Shown piece after piece: positions 1 to 14,931 of a DNA stretch of 64,000 nucleotides (its first letter is position 1; the number at the start of each line of letters is the position of its first letter). This DNA comes from Eledone cirrhosa. Its lineage: Eukaryota. The position numbers and the translations under genes are program-made. The stretch lies in assembly GCA_964016885.1 (NCBI GenBank), contig OZ024763.1, forward strand, positions 3,224,001-3,288,000. Reading direction: 5' to 3'. The notes under the pieces were generated by a model. The model did no database searches. It was not told the origin of the DNA and was given only the letters and a program-made list of their open reading frames with translations.

Positions 1-64
1 ATGTGTGTGTGTATATATATATCATCATCATCATTTTACGTCCGCTTTTCCCTGCTTGCATATG

Positions 65-116
<52 letters not shown>

Positions 117-528
117 AACACACATATATATATATGTATATATATATCTACGTATATATATATAATTGGAAATCAGTAAAATCCAATCTCTGGCGGTTTG
201 CAAGTAAATTCGGCCTACTTATATGAAGTGATGAGTTTGCAAAGCACTCGATAAGGTAGGTCCTCAGAGTTATAACATACGTTTAAATAGCTTGACAAAT
301 CGAACATTGTGGTAGACGAAACTAACACACAATATATACCAAAGTAACGATAGAACTAATCAGGTTATGTGTACATGTGTATGTATGTATGTATGTATGT
401 ATGTATGTATGTATATATATATATGTACATATATATATATGTACGTATATATGTATGTATGTATATATGTATATGTATGTATATATGTATGTATGTATAT
501 ATGTATATGTATGTATATATGTATGTAT

Positions 529-566
<38 letters not shown>

Positions 567-571
567 GTATG

Positions 572-603
<32 letters not shown>

Positions 604-691
604 TATATATATATGTATATATATATGTATGTATATATATATATGTATGTATAGAGATTACATGAAACAAAGTTCTGTTTAAATAATTTAT

Positions 692-740
692 TTGCTTACA
701 ATTGTTTCTTCCAAACCGAGGTTTGGAGTCTTCGGAGCAA
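692..740 (-). ncRNA. Minimal hammerhead-like motif with variant core CCGAAGA
   Basis: ttgct-CCGAAGA-c tccaaac ctcg gtttgga a-GAAA-caattg-TA-agcaa; palindromic stem III. Confidence 0.5.
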
Positions 741-822
741 TTATTCAGTGATTTTCAACATACTTGACCTCCTTTTCAACACAAGAGACATATATGTATG
801 TATATATATATATGTATGTATG

Positions 823-915
<93 letters not shown>

Positions 916-1074
916 ATATATATATATATGTATGTATCATCATCATCATTTTACGTCCGCTCTTCTCTGCTCGCAAGGGTGGGACGGGTATATATATATA
1001 TATATATATACATATATATGTATATATATATATATACATATATATGTATATATATATATACACATATATGTATG

Positions 1075-1108
<34 letters not shown>

Positions 1109-1188
1109 TGTATGTATATATATATACACATATGAATGTATATATATATATACATATATTTATATATATATATATATATATATACATA

Positions 1189-1238
<50 letters not shown>

Positions 1239-1305
1239 TATATATATACACATATATATATATATACACACATATATATATATACACACACATATATATA
1301 TATAT

Positions 1306-1339
<34 letters not shown>

Positions 1340-2235
1340 TAACAAATGGAAACTATATTTATAAAACCATATTTATTTCATTATACATATTTGAAGGACC
1401 ACCAAGGCAAACTATGGTGTGCTTTCATCAGATAAAATATAATATAGATTAGTTTAAAAAATAAATATTGACATACCCTGAAAATATGCAACCATTCTGG
1501 TTGGAATCTCCTGGATAGTGGAGTTATTAGATTTATTGTTGGTTCATTATGCAAATTAGTGTCGGAAAGGTTAAATAACAGTATATTTAAATTAAACCGT
1601 TGGAATAGGGAAAAAAAAGAAAGAGAAAAAACGAAAGAAAGAAAGAGAAAAAACCTGAGTATATTTAAGTGACAGAGAATAGCGTAATTTTGAGAGTAGT
1701 GGCGAAGAAATAAATATAGCGTGAATATAGTATAATGAAATAAATATGGTTTTATAAATATAGTTTCTATTTGTTAATATATTGTATATTTACTCCAATA
1801 ATTTGTTGAGTGCTTTATACCAGTTATAAAAATATTTTGCTTGTTGTATCCCAACAAATGAAATATAACCTCTACATATATATATATACACACATATATA
1901 TATATATATACACACATATATATATATATACACATATATATATATATATATATATATAGTTGATTCAGGGATTTACTGGTTGTGATACCAATATGAGCAC
2001 TCAATACATAGGTAGAGTGTATATATTAAAAAAAGTGATGGTTTCATTTACATGTTTTTATTGATTAGCAACCTGTTACATGTGTTTCACAGATGGTTGG
2101 TCAAAGTCACCTATGGATGCTATGGACCTGACTCCAGCATCGATCTGGCTCTAACTCGGCACAGATCACAGACATCATGGGAATCTATTTAATCCATAAC
2201 ATTTGTATGTGTATATATATGTATATATATATTTG

Positions 2236-2286
<51 letters not shown>

Positions 2287-3009
2287 ATATGTATATATAT
2301 AATATATATATAAAAGCACATATATATAATGCGTGTGTGTATATATATATATGTATATATATAATATATATATAAAAGCACATATATATAATGTTTATGT
2401 GTATATATATTTATGCGTATATATATATATATGTCAATGTATATATCATTTCATTCATTTCATTTTACGTCCGCTTTTTCTCTGCTTGCAAGGGTGGGAC
2501 GGGAACTGATTCTGGCTTTATTTCTACAGCTGGATGCCCTTCCTAACACCAACCTCATTTACAGTGAGTGCTGGGTGCTTTTTTATATATATTTATGTTT
2601 GTGTGTGTATATATATATATATATGTACATTCTCTTAACTGTTGTTTGTTAGGTGTCCTTAATAGGGTTAGTTTTATATTGAGCCCCATCTTAGAATTTA
2701 GGAGCCCCCCCCCCCCCCCACCCCACGTTTTGCCTCACCTCCCAAACTGTTGGCCATGTTTAAATGTTTAACCCTAAGTTTAGTAATGAACATTAGATAC
2801 AGACTAGAAAGCTGTGTCAGTTCTGAGCCCAAATCCCTATTAGTTGTAGCTAAAGGGCCTACTTTACATATCTATTTACCTACATTTTCTTCACATCTTC
2901 TCCACATCACTGTCCAACCCATGCAAGCATGGACACGCTAGCGTAAAAGTATGACAATGATGACCTTTCTTCTCTCTTCCCCTAACTGGAGCCTCAATGT
3001 ACCACGAGT

Positions 3010-3405
3010 TCAAATTAAGATGAAGCTCAAGTTAAAACGGCCCAAGTTAACCTGAAACTTAAGTTAACACAGGGCCCAAGTTAACACGAGGCTCAAGTTA
3101 ACCTAAGGCTTTGGTAACCACAGAGCCCAAGTTAACATGAAAACCAAGTTAACATGTAGCTCAAGTTAACCGGAGGCCCAAGTTAACCCAAAGCCCAAGG
3201 TAACCTGAAGCTCAAGTTAAACCAAGGCTCAATTTACCATGTAGCTCAAGTTAACACATAGGTCAAGTTAACAAAGGCTCAAGTTAACACATAGCTCAAG
3301 TTAACATGAGGTTCAAGTTAACAAAGGCTTAAGTTAACACGAGGTTCAAGTTAACCGGAAACTCAAGTTAACATGAGGATCTAGTTAACACATTGTTCAA
3401 GTTAT
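3010..3405. repeat. Degenerate ~20-bp minisatellite built on (c)aagttaac
   Basis: about 19 units centred on the GTTAAC palindrome. Confidence 0.85.
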
Positions 3406-3907
3406 CTTTATTTATACACTCTTGCATGTTGTTTTGATCTCTTCTTACACCATGTTGTTAACAGCATGTTTGTATGTAAAAATTGAAGTATTATTTGTGT
3501 GTGTATGTATATATATGTATTTATTTATATATGTATGTGTATATATAAATATGTATACATATATATGTATATATATGTATATGTGTATATATATATATAT
3601 ATGTATGTATATGTATATACACATATATATGTGTGTGTGTGTTTATTTTATATAATTCACTGAATTGTTAATGTTTGTTAAAATATACTCAACTTAACTC
3701 TGACCCTTTACCTTCGGGATTTAAACCACACTAGGATCGACTTAGCCTTTAATCCTGCCAGGGTTTGATAAAATGATACCAGTCATGTACTGGGGTCGAT
3801 TTAATTTGAGTTCCCCCTTCCCTCCTCCTTTCAAAATTGTTAGCCTTGAGACTAAATTTGAAACCATGGTTTTGTAAAAGAATAATTTGTGTGTGTATAT
3901 ATATATG

Positions 3908-3938
<31 letters not shown>

Positions 3939-3949
3939 GTATATATGTA

Positions 3950-4062
<113 letters not shown>

Positions 4063-4222
4063 GTAATATATATATGTAATATATATATGTATATATATAT
4101 ATATGTAATATATATATGTATATATATGTATATGTATATATATATATGTATATATATATATATGTATATGAATATATATATATATGTATATATATATATG
4201 TATATGAATATATATATATATG

Positions 4223-4253
<31 letters not shown>

Positions 4254-4262
4254 GTATATATG

Positions 4263-4293
<31 letters not shown>

Positions 4294-4302
4294 GTATATA
4301 TG

Positions 4303-4335
<33 letters not shown>

Positions 4336-4368
4336 GTATATATGTATATATATATATATATATATATG

Positions 4369-4471
4369 TAGGCATCGGTAGGCATTCTCCTACATGGATA
4401 TAAAGTAGTGGCCGTACTCGAAAACGAGTTGGCAGCCACCATATATATATGTATATATATATGTATATATG

Positions 4472-4502
<31 letters not shown>

Positions 4503-4510
4503 GTATATGT

Positions 4511-4541
<31 letters not shown>

Positions 4542-4847
4542 CATGTATATGTATATATATATGTATGTATGTATATATGGTATCCAATGATGTTGACTTG
4601 TTCTTCTTTAAAAGCTTCACGTCACAGGCATTGCTTTGTATCTGGAGATCTCTCTGCACTTGTCGTCACATGGTACCATGGGCCCAGCACTCTATGTGTC
4701 AATAATTGTCACAAGTGTAGTGTTTGTACCAGAGTTTTCAAGTCGCTGGCTGGACTAAAAAGTCACACTTGTTCAGCGCATGGGTAGGGGTTCTCCTACA
4801 TGGATATAAAGGAGTGGACGTACTCGAAAACGAGTTGGCAGCCACCA
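4369..4847 (+). mobile_element. LINE 3' fragment with a duplicated ~70-bp terminus
   Basis: ttctcctacatggatataaag...ggcagccacc occurs at about 4386-4440 and 4791-4846; homologous to 57498-57830. Confidence 0.7.
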
Positions 4848-4897
4848 TATATGTATATATGTATGTATGTATATATATATGTATATATATATGTATG

Positions 4898-4958
<61 letters not shown>

Positions 4959-5511
4959 ATATGTATGTATGTATATATATATATGTATGTATGTATGTAT
5001 ATATGTATGTATGTATATATATATATGTATATGTGTATATATATATGTATATACATACATATATGTGTATATATATATGTATATGTGTATATATATATGT
5101 ATATACATACATATATGTGTATATATATATGTATATACATACATATATGTGTATATATATATGTATATACATATATGTATATACATACATATATGTATAT
5201 ACATATATGTATATACATATATGTATATACATACATATATATGTATACATATATGTATATACATACATATATATGTATATATATATGTATATACATATAT
5301 ATGTATATATATATGTATATACATATATATGTATATACATATATATGTATATACATATACATGTATATACATATACATGTATATACATATACATGTATAT
5401 ACATATACATGTATATACATATATATGTATATACATACATATATATGTATATACATACATATATATGTATATACATACATATATATGTATATAAATAAAT
5501 ATATATATGTA

Positions 5512-5546
<35 letters not shown>

Positions 5547-5667
5547 CAAATTTAATATAGAAATGGCTTCTGCAGGACTATAACTGTTTCAGTCGAAGGA
5601 AATCATCAGGGAAGCCCTTATATATATATAATTATTTATTTATTTATTTCCTGCTCTTTTGGTAAAT

Positions 5668-5715
<48 letters not shown>

Positions 5716-5883
5716 ATCAAAATATGGATTTCTTTCTGAATTTATTTACCTGGGTTGTTAATTGCCGTTCAATACGTTGGGTGTCCGGTGTCTGTTCGGT
5801 TTCTTAAAGAAAGGAAAGAATAACTGTAAATTCATTTTTTTAATTCTTTATGTGGACTCTTTATACTTGTTATAAACTTTATA

Positions 5884-6551
5884 TACAGGGTCGACCCAAT
5901 GTCACGATACATAGGAAGAGTAATTGTTTTTATAATAAAACAATTTATTTACATAACATGCTCTACGTGGTTACCAGTTAAAAAATAAATAAATATGGAA
6001 ACTTTAAAATGTTAAATACATTAAAAAATAAATCATCATCATCATTTAATGTCCATTTTTCAGGCTGACCCTTTGGGAGAGATCGTGTCAGAGGACCGTG
6101 TTTCACTCATACAGGGCTGATTTTGGCTTGGTTTCTACAGCTGGATGCTCTTCCTAACGCCAACCACATTTACAGTGTGTGCTGGGCACTTTTTGTTGTC
6201 ACCGACATGGGCACTTTTGTCTTGACACCTACATGGGTGCTTTTTATTCTATCACTGACATGACCACTTTACAGTGTGGACTGGGCACTTTTGTCTTGAC
6301 ACCTACATGACCACTTTACAGTGAGGGCTGGGCACTTTTGTCATAGCTCCAGAGGGACCACTTCATGGTGTGGGATGGGAACTAGGGAGGGGGGAGGGAA
6401 GTTTGGGGAAATTGAGGATGTAGGTGAAAGAGGAGGGATGATCGCAGCAGGGGGAGGTGTATGGGAGAGGAGATGGTAGAGGATTATAAATATGGAAACT
6501 TAAAAATGTAATTATTTCTCCTATGTATTGCGACATTTGGTCCACCCTGTA
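5884..6551. mobile_element. Tc1/mariner-type MITE with a nested RTE-tail SINE
   Basis: TA-flanked imperfect ~45-bp TIRs starting CAGGGT; SINE-like sequence with a (CAT)n end from about 6032. Confidence 0.7.
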
Positions 6552-6933
6552 TATTCTTTGTTGTTGTTGTTGTTGCTGTTGTTGTTGTCCTTGTATTTCA
6601 ATACAATAATTAAGACATGAAAGCTAGATACATCCAAAAATGTTATTTTGAATGAAGACATTCACTGAATATCTTCATTCTCTACATTTGTTCTCATTCA
6701 AAAAAAAAAATTTTGTAGGGAAAGAATCTAGCGTTGATTAATTAGTAAACTCCCCTACCCCCCTCATTATGGTGAATAAAAACAATCTAGTCTAATTTTT
6801 AAAATGTAGACATTTTTTTCTTTCTATCGAGAACTTCAGTGTTACCTTCTGTCTTCTTTTTCGTCTTCTACACCCACTTCTTCCTGAGAGGGTCGTGTGA
6901 GGGGCAGAGTCCTCAAACACTCCTTCCAGCAGG

Positions 6934-7263
6934 CCCTGTCAGAAGCAACCATCTCCAACTGATCTGGCTGGATCCCCAAGTAAGACCAGCCAATCTCATG
7001 TTTGTTATCCAAACATCTTGTTCATGGTCTACCCCTGGGTCTCCTGTCAGAAGCAACCGTCTCCAACTGATCTGGCTGGATCCCCAAGTAAGACCAGCCA
7101 ATCTCATGTTTGTTATCGAAACATCTTGTTCATGGTCTACCCCTGGGTCTCCTGTCAGAAGCAACCGTCTCCATCTGATCCGGTTGGATCCCCAAGTAAG
7201 ACCAGCTAAGTTTACGGATGTTATCCAACCATCTTGCTCAGGTTCTACTCCTGGGTCTCCTGT
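6934..7263. repeat. 108-bp x3 tandem repeat of LINE-derived sequence
   Basis: cctgtcagaagcaacc recurs every 108 bp. Confidence 0.85.
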
Positions 7264-9541
7264 TTCTTTTTTTGCCTGTAATAAAATCTGTCCAGTGATT
7301 CTTTCCTGTGATATTCTAACCACATCCGTAGTATCGGAGAAGTAGTGGCTCTATCTGGAGTGACTTTCTGAGCTCCAAGCTACGTGTTGTCACACCATAA
7401 ATCTATTTTACCTTTCATGCCACCAAGGTAAGTATGTTTTGTTATATATAGATGGTTGAACTAGCCAGGCTAACTATTATGGGTGCTGGCTCTCCAGTAA
7501 CACAGCTTCCCCCTGTGAGAGATTTAAACTACTACTTTTCTTCTTCCTGAAAAGGTTCGTGTGAGGAGCAGATTCCTCAAACACTCCTTCCAGTGGGTCC
7601 TGTCAGAAGCAACCATCTCCAACTAATCCAGCTGGATCCCCCAAGCAAGACCGGCCAAGGTCATGGATGTTATCCAACCATCTTGTTCAGAGTCGGCTGC
7701 CAGTTGGTTTTGTGCAACAAAATGAAATTGAATTTGATTTATCTTCATGTGTGTGTATATATATATATATATCGGATAGGATGTAGTAAAATACCAGCTG
7801 GACCATAGCCCACCAGAGTACTCGATACTTGGGATAGTAGAGTGGGTATTATGAAAAGATTCAGCATCCCAATGACTGAGCTCCGGCAGTTTGGATCTCG
7901 CTGTCGAAATGGCCGGAGCTCAGCCGTCGGGGTCCTGAATCTTTTCATATATATACACACACATGGTATCTTCTGTTAGAATGATGTTATGACAGGTCTC
8001 TATTTGATGTAGATTCTCAAGTTGAAGTCAGCCGAAACCATCCTGGCTGGATCTAACCCCTCACACAAGTACAGGTAAGTATTATTTCATCTATTTTGAT
8101 ATATTGTGAAGGAATGAAAAGGTTTAACCCTTTAGTTACCAACCCAGCCAAAACTAACTCTGATTCTATGAAATAAAACCACTCATTTTAAATGTTACCA
8201 ATTTAAATTAAGATCTTCCAACATAATTTTATATAAGAACCTTACATTAGTAACTAAATGATTAATAATTTCAGTAAATCCCTTGAAATTCTTCAAAATT
8301 AATTAAAAAGATTGTATTTCATTAGAAATGAGGTCATGAAAGGGTTAAAGGGTTTAACCCTTTAGCATTTACATTACTCTATATTTACTATTGTATTTTC
8401 GTGGTAAAGGCTTTATTTCACATATGAAATCTATGAGATTTTGATATTATCTATTTTAAGAACTATACCTTAACATAAGTATGTGTGGCTGGTTACAGCC
8501 AGTTTGATCAGAAAGAGGTGAGAGAATTCTGGCTGGATATGGCCGGTTTAAACGTAAAAAGGTTAAAGTGTTTAAAGTGAAGTGAAGTTAGTTTATTTGT
8601 AGAAATAACAACAAACACCAGCAGCTTTATAAAATATTTCCATAATATCTTTTATTGTCTTATTTTCAGATTAACAAACATTTACTGCTTAAATTAACCA
8701 TAATTTGGTCTCAAAACATTCCAGGTTGGGTTTATTGTATATATATATATATATGTATATATAAATGCGTTTGTGAGTCTTATATCGGATAATAATATTT
8801 GATTCGTTGGCAAGCAAACAGCCTCATTACGCCGTTTTAGATGACCGTCCCCATCCTTTTGTTCTATTATCGGTGACAGAAAAACAATCTGTCACCACTA
8901 GAACAATGGTTGTCTAAAACACAGTGTAATGAGGCTGTTTGCTTGCAAACGAATTGAATATTATTATTCGATATAAACTCATGAATGCATTTATGTATCC
9001 TCTATATTAGAGCAAAACTATACATATATATATATATATACACACTGATAAAAAGGAAACTGTATATATATATATCTATATATATATGTATGTATATAAC
9101 TATATACACACTGAAAAAGGAAACTATATATATATATATATGTATATATATATACACACACACTGAAAAAGGAAACTATATATATATATATATATATATA
9201 CTAAAAAGGAAACTACGGTACATTATATAATAAAAATATTTACTCTGAAATAAGGTACAGTTACTGGGGTAACAATAGAAAGAGTGGGTTTTTAAAAAAT
9301 TCTGAAAAAAAAATAAAAATTAATTTAATTGTTTCTACGTTAGGCACAAGGCCAGCAATTTCCCAGTGTATTACTGGTACTTTATTTTATCGACCCCGTA
9401 AGGATGAAAGGCAAAGTTAACCTCGGCGGGATTTGAACTCAGATCATAAAGGGCCGTAACTCTTTGCTGAAATAAAAATTAATTTAATGAAAGAAATTAA
9501 TAATAATAAAAAAAATTGCTGTTATTAAATCAAAAACTCTT

Positions 9542-9597
<56 letters not shown>

Positions 9598-11369
9598 CTT
9601 TGACACATAGTTACAGCCCTTTATGATCTGAGTTCAAATCCTGCCAAGGTTAACTTTGCCTTTCATTCTTACGGGGTCAATAAAATAAAGTACCAGTAAT
9701 ACACTGGGGTTGATTTAATCGACTTTCCCCTCCCCAACAAATTGCTGACCTTGTGTCTAAAGTAGAAACAATTATTATTATTTTTAATGTGTTTTGAAGA
9801 ATATAGAAATTAAGAGAGACTAGAATTATTTTCTTAGTATACATGAGATAAATTTAGACTGGTTTTAATTTTGTAGATTTTCTTTTTACAAGTTTCAATT
9901 AGTATTTGTTCTGTTAAAATGGTTTCTGTTCTGAAATGGAATTATAACTTTCAAATCTTTATTACGGGGTTCCTTTGAAGTAATGATACTCAATAGAGCT
10001 GCTACTTCTCCTAATTGAGAGATCACTGCTCAGATATTATAGGCACGTGGTTACAATGTCTCAGGAAAGAATCACTGGACAGATTTTACAGGCAGGAGAC
10101 CCAGGGGTAAACCACGAGCAAGATGGTTGGATAACATCTATGAGCTTAGCTGGTCATGTTTGGGAATACAGCCAGATCTGTTGGAGAGGTTGTTTCTGAC
10201 AGAACCTACTGGAAGGAGTGTTTCAGCACTCTGTCCCCCACGACCTTTCCAGGAATAAGTGTGAGCAAAAGAAACCTTTATTAATATTCATAATAATATT
10301 CATATTCATATTTCAGAGATTTTATCCACAATGCTCACTAAATGAAATTTCATTTGTTTATCAATTAGAGAACAAGTTCTCAGTGTTGTTTAGGAAAAAT
10401 ATATATATATTGGTTACGTTAACCCTTTAGCATTTAAACCGGCCATATCCGGTCAGAATTCTCTCACCTCTTTCTGTTCAAACCAGTTGTAACCGGCCCT
10501 TCATACAGACTTTAAGGTATTCTTCTCAAAATAAATAACATCAAAATCTAGATTCGATATTATGTAAGATAATTATTTAAAATAAAGCCTTTACCACAAA
10601 AATACAATAATATATATGGAGTAATGTAAAGGGTTAATGGAAATATTTTGACTTTAAACATCGCTATAGACTTGAAAGCCTAAAGCATCATGATTTAATC
10701 TTACCAATATTAAGACATTTTAAAGGTTGAAATATAAATTATTTATTGTATAATTCTTCACAATCCAGTTTGATAAATGATAATGGTATAAAACATGGAA
10801 TGAATGATAAAAAGTCTTTGAAGAAGCAAAAAAATTCTGAGATATTCCTCCTGCATAACAGATCCATCCAGTGCCACGCTGTAAACACGGTTGGTGTTAG
10901 GAAGGGCACCCAGCCAACTTTACAGTCCAAACCCTGAGCAGACTTACCTCCTAGCATGGATGACCCGTCTAACCCATGCAAGCATGGAAAAATTGACGTT
11001 AAACAGTGATGATAATGATGTTAGGAAATCACAGAAGTCTGAAAAAAATGCCTGTGAATTCTTTTTTTTTAAGTTATTCTTTTAAGACCTAAAAGAAAAG
11101 GCAACTTGAATTCTTCAAAATTGTTAAATTACATTCTATTTACAAAATACGTTTAATGTGACAATGACAGAAAATAAACCAGTTTATACAATGACAGCTT
11201 TTATCAGTGTTGTTGTGACAACAAACATAAAAAATAAAAATATTAATTATAAGTATTTAGATTAACCCTTTAGCATTTAAACCGGCCATATCCAGCCACT
11301 CATATTAAGTTAAGGTATTGTTCTCAAAATAAATAATATCAAAATCTCATCGATTCAATATTATGTGAT

Positions 11370-12500
11370 AGGTCCTTGTAAGTAGACGAGAAAACAGAAC
11401 CCAGATCCCCTCAGGGAAATGGCCTTGCTCAGTATGTAGGAAAGGTGTAGGTAGGAACTCCATTCTCTGCCCCAAATGCAAACAATGGGTACACAAGAGA
11501 TGTAGCGGGATCTCAGGAAGCTTAATTAAGAATGTAGGATTCACATGCAGCAGCTGTGCTGAAACAGCAAGCAAACAGCCACAGGAAACAAGTACCACCA
11601 ATCTCTGGGAGGGCCCTGTAGAAACAGTAGACAGCTTCTGCTACCTAGGTGACCGAATTAGCAACGGAGGTGGGTGCTCAGAAAGTACAATAACTAGGGG
11701 AAGAAGTTTAGGGAACTACTACCACTGCTAGCTGCAAAAGGCTTCTCCCTCAGAATGAAAGGCAGACTGTATGATGCGTGTATCCGAACAGCGATGTTGC
11801 ATGGTAGTGAGACCTGGGCGCTGAAGGTGGAAGACTTACGTAGATTAGAGAGAAACGAAGCCTGCATGCTCCGATGGATGTGTAACAGTAATATACGTGA
11901 ACGACAAAGCATAAAGGAATTGAGAGAGAGACTGAGCATAAGAGGAATCAAATGCTGCGTGCAAGAGAGGCGGTTACGCTGGTATGGACATGTGATGCGT
12001 ATGAAGGATGACAGCTGCATAAAAAGGTGCAGAGCACTAGAAGTTGATGGAAACCGCGGAGTGGGGAGACCCAACATGACTTGGGATGAGGTGATAAAAG
12101 CCGACCTTACCCAACTACACCTCTCAAAGACAATGACACACGACCGTGACTTCTGGCGTCACGCAGTAATACAGGGTACCCGACCTCCCATGGGTACATG
12201 CTGAAGCATATAAACAATATGCCCCCACCGCAAGGTGGTCGTGGAGGTGCCACGGCAAAAAAATCACCCAGCCCACACTGTAAAGTGGACGTGTAGGCGC
12301 CACGAAAAAGCACCCAGCACTCACTGTAAATGAGGTTGGTGTTAGGAAGGGCATCCAGCTGTAGAAATCAAGCCAGATCAGTTCCTGTATGAGCAAGGCA
12401 TGGTCAGCCGACCAGACACTGCCCACAACAGGACAACCCGTCTAACCCATGCTAGCGTGGAAGAACGGACGTAAAACGGTGATGATGATGATGATGATGA
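11370..12500 (+). mobile_element. 3' fragment of the same RTE family, inserted into a piggyBac-type MITE
   Basis: near-identical to the reverse complement of about 45482-46630, with a short frameshifting deletion near 11697; (GAT)n tail. Confidence 0.92.
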
Positions 12501-13554
12501 TAAAGCCTTTACTGTGAAAATACAATAGTATATATAGAGTAATGTAAATGTTATGTGAGGTATTACGTTAAGGTATTGTTCTCGAAGTAAATAATATCTA
12601 TAATATATATACTATTGTAGTGCACCTGAGCATTGTACACAATAATTTCAATATTATGTGAGGTAAAGCCTTTACCGTGAAAATACAATAGTATATATAG
12701 AGTAATGTAAATGTTAAAGAGTTAAATACACTCATATCAAACAAAATATCTACATTCAGGCCCCCAAAATAGCAGAAGGGTGGAGGAGTGGAATAAGAGC
12801 AGGGGAGGGGGTCTGAAAATTTATTAAGCAGTGGTGGACGATTATTTGAGACCCAAGAGTATGTGATTAAACTGATTAATACAGGGTGTCCCACAGACTT
12901 TGATTAGAATGCTATTAAAGTGTGTATACATTTTTGGGGGCCGCTCTGTAGATACAATTAACAAATCAACATAACAATTACAGACAAAAAGTGTTTTAAA
13001 ATATTCCACTTTTACGCAAGTATATATGGTAGATATAAAAGTTATTTTTTTATTTTTATTTTAAACAAAATAATGATTTGGAAAAATAAAAATTAAAAAA
13101 TAACTTTTATATCTACCATATATACTTGCGTAAAAGTGGAATATTTTAAAACACTTTTTAACCCTTTCAAGATCGCATTTCTAATGAAATACACTATTTC
13201 AAGGGATTTAATAAAATTATTAATTATTTCATTACTAAGATAGTAAATTAATGTAAGGTACTTATATAAAATTATGTTGGAACATAAAAATATTCCCTAT
13301 TTAACCCTTTAGCACTTAAACCATCCATATCTGGCCAGAATTTTCTGTTCAAACTGGCCACTCATACTGACATTAAGGTATTGTTCTCAAAATGATATCA
13401 AAATCTTATAAATTTGATATCATATGACATAATTATGTAAAATAAAGCCTTTACTGTGAAAATATAATTGTATATATAGAGTAATGTAAATGATAAAGGG
13501 TTAAGAAACCACTGATTTTGGCTGTTCATTGTTAAAATTGATAAAAAATTATAA

Positions 13555-14790
13555 AAATTGTGTACAGTGCTCAGGTGCACTACAACTCATCAAAGGTGCA
13601 TGTATAGTACATAAACTTTTTCTGTCTCTTAGCAATAAGAATTTTAGTAAGACTCCCTGTGTGTATCTCCAAATGTCAAGAAAGTGAACAAAGTCATAAT
13701 ATACCCACAGATACATGCGTGCCTGTGTATGGAGGGATAATATCGGGTGTAGTGTTGGTGAAGCATGGAAGTTTTGAACGATGCAAGTAGTTTGTTCCAT
13801 ACTTGATAGTGTACAGTGCTCAAGTGCACTACAACTCATCAAAGGTGCATGTATAGTACATAGAATAATGTACAAATGTCAGGAAAGTGAACAGTGTATG
13901 ATTCATGATATACACACAGACACACGTGTGTATGGAGGGGGAATATCAGGTGTAGTGTTGGCATATTTCAGGAAGCATGGAAGTTTTGAAGGATGCAGTG
14001 TCCCAACAGCTAACAACTGATGCAGGTAGTTTTGAAGGAGAAATATATTTTACTAGTTTCAGTTACTATTGGATCCCTGAGGTTACGTGATGTTCATTCA
14101 CAGCTGAGCATTGTGTCGGTAGAAGAGAGTGTATATATTAACAGCTCTACCCGACAATCAGACAAACACAGGTACAACATCTGGGGGAAGGTGCCAAACA
14201 TAATCATCAAACTGAAATAAAAAAACACATTAAATGTATAACAATAATAACAAGATATTTATTTATAAACACACACACACATATATATATATATAATAAT
14301 AATAATAATGAAATTATTGTGTACAGTGCTCAGGTGCACTACAACTCATCAAAGGTGCATGTATAGTACATAGAATAATGTACAAATGTCAGGAAAATGA
14401 ACAGTGTATGAGTCATGATATAATAATAATAACAATAATGAAATATTGTGTACAGTGCCCAGGTGCACCACAACTCATAAAAAAAGTGCATGTACAGTAC
14501 ATAGGGCAATGCACAAACATCAGTAAAATGAACAGTGCACGAGTCATGATACACACGTGTGCATGTGTATGGAAGGGGTACATCAGGTGTAGTTTTGGCG
14601 TATTTCGGGAAGCATGAGTGTCTTAAAGAATGCAGTATCTCGGCAGCTAACAATTGACGCAGGCAGTTTGTTCCATGCTTCAGCAACTCTGAGCGTGAAA
14701 AAATGTCTACGAAAGTCATGGGAGCTGTGCTGTTTTCTGATCTTGTAGGCATGTCCACGTGTGATATATCAGAATGGAGGAAGTAAAAAA
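13555..14790 (-). mobile_element. Cluster of CR1-like LINE 3' ends
   Basis: minus strand reads FRRHFFTLRVAEAWNKLPASIVSC, a CR1/L2-type C-terminus; (ATT)n tails; further stubs at about 31545-31620 and 40710-40860. Confidence 0.7.
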
Positions 14791-14931
14791 CCAGTTAGAC
14801 CATTACTCAATACTTCGGGTAGTAGAGCGGGTAATATGTCAAATATATCTATCTATATGAACATTATATATCTCTCTCTCTCTATATATATATATCTATA
14901 TATCTATGTATAAACATATATATATATATAT

